DNA of 64,000 nucleotides from assembly GCA_000388065.2 (NCBI GenBank), contig KB932203.1, one strand, 5' to 3'. The stretch is from Fonticula alba ATCC 38817 (Eukaryota > Protista > Nucleariida). The stretch's first letter is position 1; each line of letters starts with the position of its first letter. The notes beneath the pieces are model-generated. The model ran no database searches. It worked only from the letters and a program-made list of their open reading frames with translations, and was not told where the DNA came from. Below are positions 61,740 to 64,000 of the stretch, one piece after another. Position numbers and translations under genes: made by a program.

Positions 61740-62253
61740 TTACTTGTTCGCGCGCCAGGTCTGGCGCTGGCCCTGCTGCGCCTCGTGGTCGCGCAGGATC
61801 GTGTCAATCATGTCCGGGGTGAGGGTGAGCTGGCCATCGGCCGCGCTCTGGGCCAGGACCTTGGCCTGGATGGAAATGCACAGCTTCGACAAGGACCGGC
61901 CGGAGAAGCCCTCCGTCTCGCGGGCAATGCGCTCCAGGTGCTCCTTGGTGATGGCGCTGTGATCGATGCGCTGGCCCTTCGGCGAGACATAGTCCGCGAT
62001 GTACTTGTGGAAGTACTGGTTGACCAGCTTCACGCGGGAGTCCAGCTCCGGCAGCAGGAAGGGCACCATCTCGTCCATGCGGTCGTGCACCGCGCTATCC
62101 AGGTGGTCCGGCTGGTTGGAGGCCAGCACAACCATGTGCTTGTCCGACGCCTCACCGGTCAGGTAGAGGAAGGAGTTCAGACTGGCGCGCAGCTCCTCGG
62201 AGATATGGGACTTGTCGCGCTTCTTCAGGAAGGCTGGGCATGACAGCATGGCA

Positions 62254-62336
<83 letters not shown>

Positions 62337-63973
62337 CAGTCCATCATGCGCGGATCCCCGCCTTGCGGAGGGCGAAGAAGCCGGCTGGGGCAGGCGCGGC
62401 CGAGCGACCGGGCGACCGAGCAGCAAGAGCATCGTGGCGCACCCTCAGCCTCGTCAATGAAAATGAGAGTCCCATTGCGCGAGGTCTTGGCCCAGTTGAA
62501 GAGGTTGTGGAGCTCCGTCACACCGGACGTCCCGAGAGGGACAATATCACCGCCCGTGATGAGGGCATACTCGAGGCCACTCTTCTGGGCCAGGCTCTTG
62601 GCGAACATGGTCTTACCGGTACCCGGGGGGCCATAGAGCAGGAGGTTACGCAGGGGGGCATTGTTGCGCTTGGCATTCATGGTCGACACGACGATGGACT
62701 CGAGGCGGGCCTGCTCCGACTGGTTGAGGACCATGTCACGCAGAACGGCCGAGGACTCCGGGCGCTTGGAAATCAACTTCCGCGCGAAGACCAGCGGCTT
62801 CTTCAGGGCATTGGTGCGAGAGGTCTCGCGCACCAGCACCGGCGCATTGATGCGCAGCATGACATACTCGCGCAGGACCTTGGCACCGAAGTAGGAGGCA
62901 AAGCCACCGGCAAACAGGAGCGACGTGGTGACAACCGCCGCGCGGATGCGGTTCGGGTCCGACAGGAAGTCGCTCAGCTCATCGGAAATGAGGGCAATCC
63001 GCTCGCGCGTCAGCAGCAGCGCCGTCTTGCGTTCCTCCTCGTGGCGCAGTCGCGCATGGGCGGCGCGGATGTCATGGTTCACGCGCTCCTGCTCGATGCG
63101 CCCCTGGGTCTCGTGCTGGATTTTGGACATCTCGGTCTCGCGGCGCATTTGCTGCTCCATCTGGGCCGTTTCGCGGCGGGCCTGCTCCTGGCGCTCGATC
63201 GAAGCCTCCTGCATTTGGAGGGTCTCCTGCTGGAGCTGCTTGCGGGCGGCGATCTCGCGCTCCTGGCGCTCGTGCGCCGCGCGGTCCTTCGTCTGCTGCC
63301 GGTGGTTGATGTGGGAGGTTTCCATCTCGATGGTCTTGCGCCGCTCCTCGTGCTCGATCTGAATGCGACGAGCCTCCAGGTCCCGCAGGCTTGCCATGGC
63401 ATCGGCGCGCTCGGCCTCAAACTGAGCCCGGCGACTGCGCTCGCGCTCCAGCGACAGGGTGATGGCATCGCGCCCGTGGGGGCTATTGTCGAGTTCCCTG
63501 TGTGTGTGAGGGGGGAGAAGGGGGGGGGGGAGGGAGGGAGGGGCAGCATGGCCGGAGGGACAAGAGTTGGGGCAGCGAGGAGGGGAATGGGGGGCGGGCA
63601 GATCAAGGTCAAGGGAGGTTAGGCAAGATGTTCTACAGCCACCGAGGGCGCATGTGGTCATTGTGGATGGGCATGCATGCATATGTGTGTGTGTGTGTAT
63701 GTATGCATGTCGATGGGTGTGCGAAACAGCCATACACCCGAGAGCGAGACGGGGGGAGGGGGTGTGTGTGGGGGGGGGGGGGAGAACGCACTTGGCAGCC
63801 TCGGCGGCACGCACGAAGGCCTGCGAATCGAACAGCTGGGTGGGGCTAATGTTGGTATTGGTGCTGGAGTTGGTCGCGGTCTCGGCCGGAGCGGCAGCCG
63901 GGGCGGCAGCCGGAGCGCTGCTGGCGTTGTTGCCGGAGGGCTTGGAGCCGCCGCCACCGAAAGCAGAAAACAT
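61740..63973 (-). CDS. ATAD3: ATPase family AAA domain-containing protein 3 (mitochondrial)
   Basis: FDSQAFVRAAEAAK/ELDNSPHGRDAITL N-terminal motif, coiled coil, TM segment, PVLVRETSR, Walker A YGPPGTGKTMFAK, ITGGDIVPLG, Walker B IFIDEAE/AFLKKR, LASNQP, HDRMDEMV, EGFSGRSLSKL. TAA at 61740-61742. Confidence 0.95.
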
Positions 63974-64000
63974 GGTTGCTGAGAGGGGGGAAAGGGATCA

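Overview
Eukaryotic genomic DNA: visibly GC-rich and intron-rich, with many poly-G/C tracts, microsatellites and five N-gaps. Most spliceosomal introns have GTGCGT, GTACGT or GTATGT donors, CTGAC-like branch points and YAG acceptors. The gene mix (TCD1/2, VPS50, ATAD3, OSTF1) fits a unicellular opisthokont of the Fonticula type; this is inference, not a database result. Genes reconstructed by hand, in order: AP-3 mu (-), VPS50 (-), PRC1/Ase1 (-), RPS3A (-), a DUF4442 hot-dog thioesterase (+), a divergent Rab11 (-), OSTF1 (-), CCS (+), Ran (-), TSR1 (-), TCD1/2 (+), five intron-containing tRNA-Tyr(GTA) genes, eIF3j (+), an LRR-paracaspase fusion (+) and ATAD3 (-). The standout is the 14-exon gene at about 55771-60928. 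Eleven consecutive symmetric phase-1/1 exons, each about one leucine-rich repeat, splice in frame to a C-terminal MALT1-like paracaspase domain that keeps its His/Cys dyad and acidic S1 residues. It is a candidate single-chain sensor-protease. Most long ORFs in the supplied track are antisense or low-complexity artefacts. No mobile element or CRISPR array is supported.
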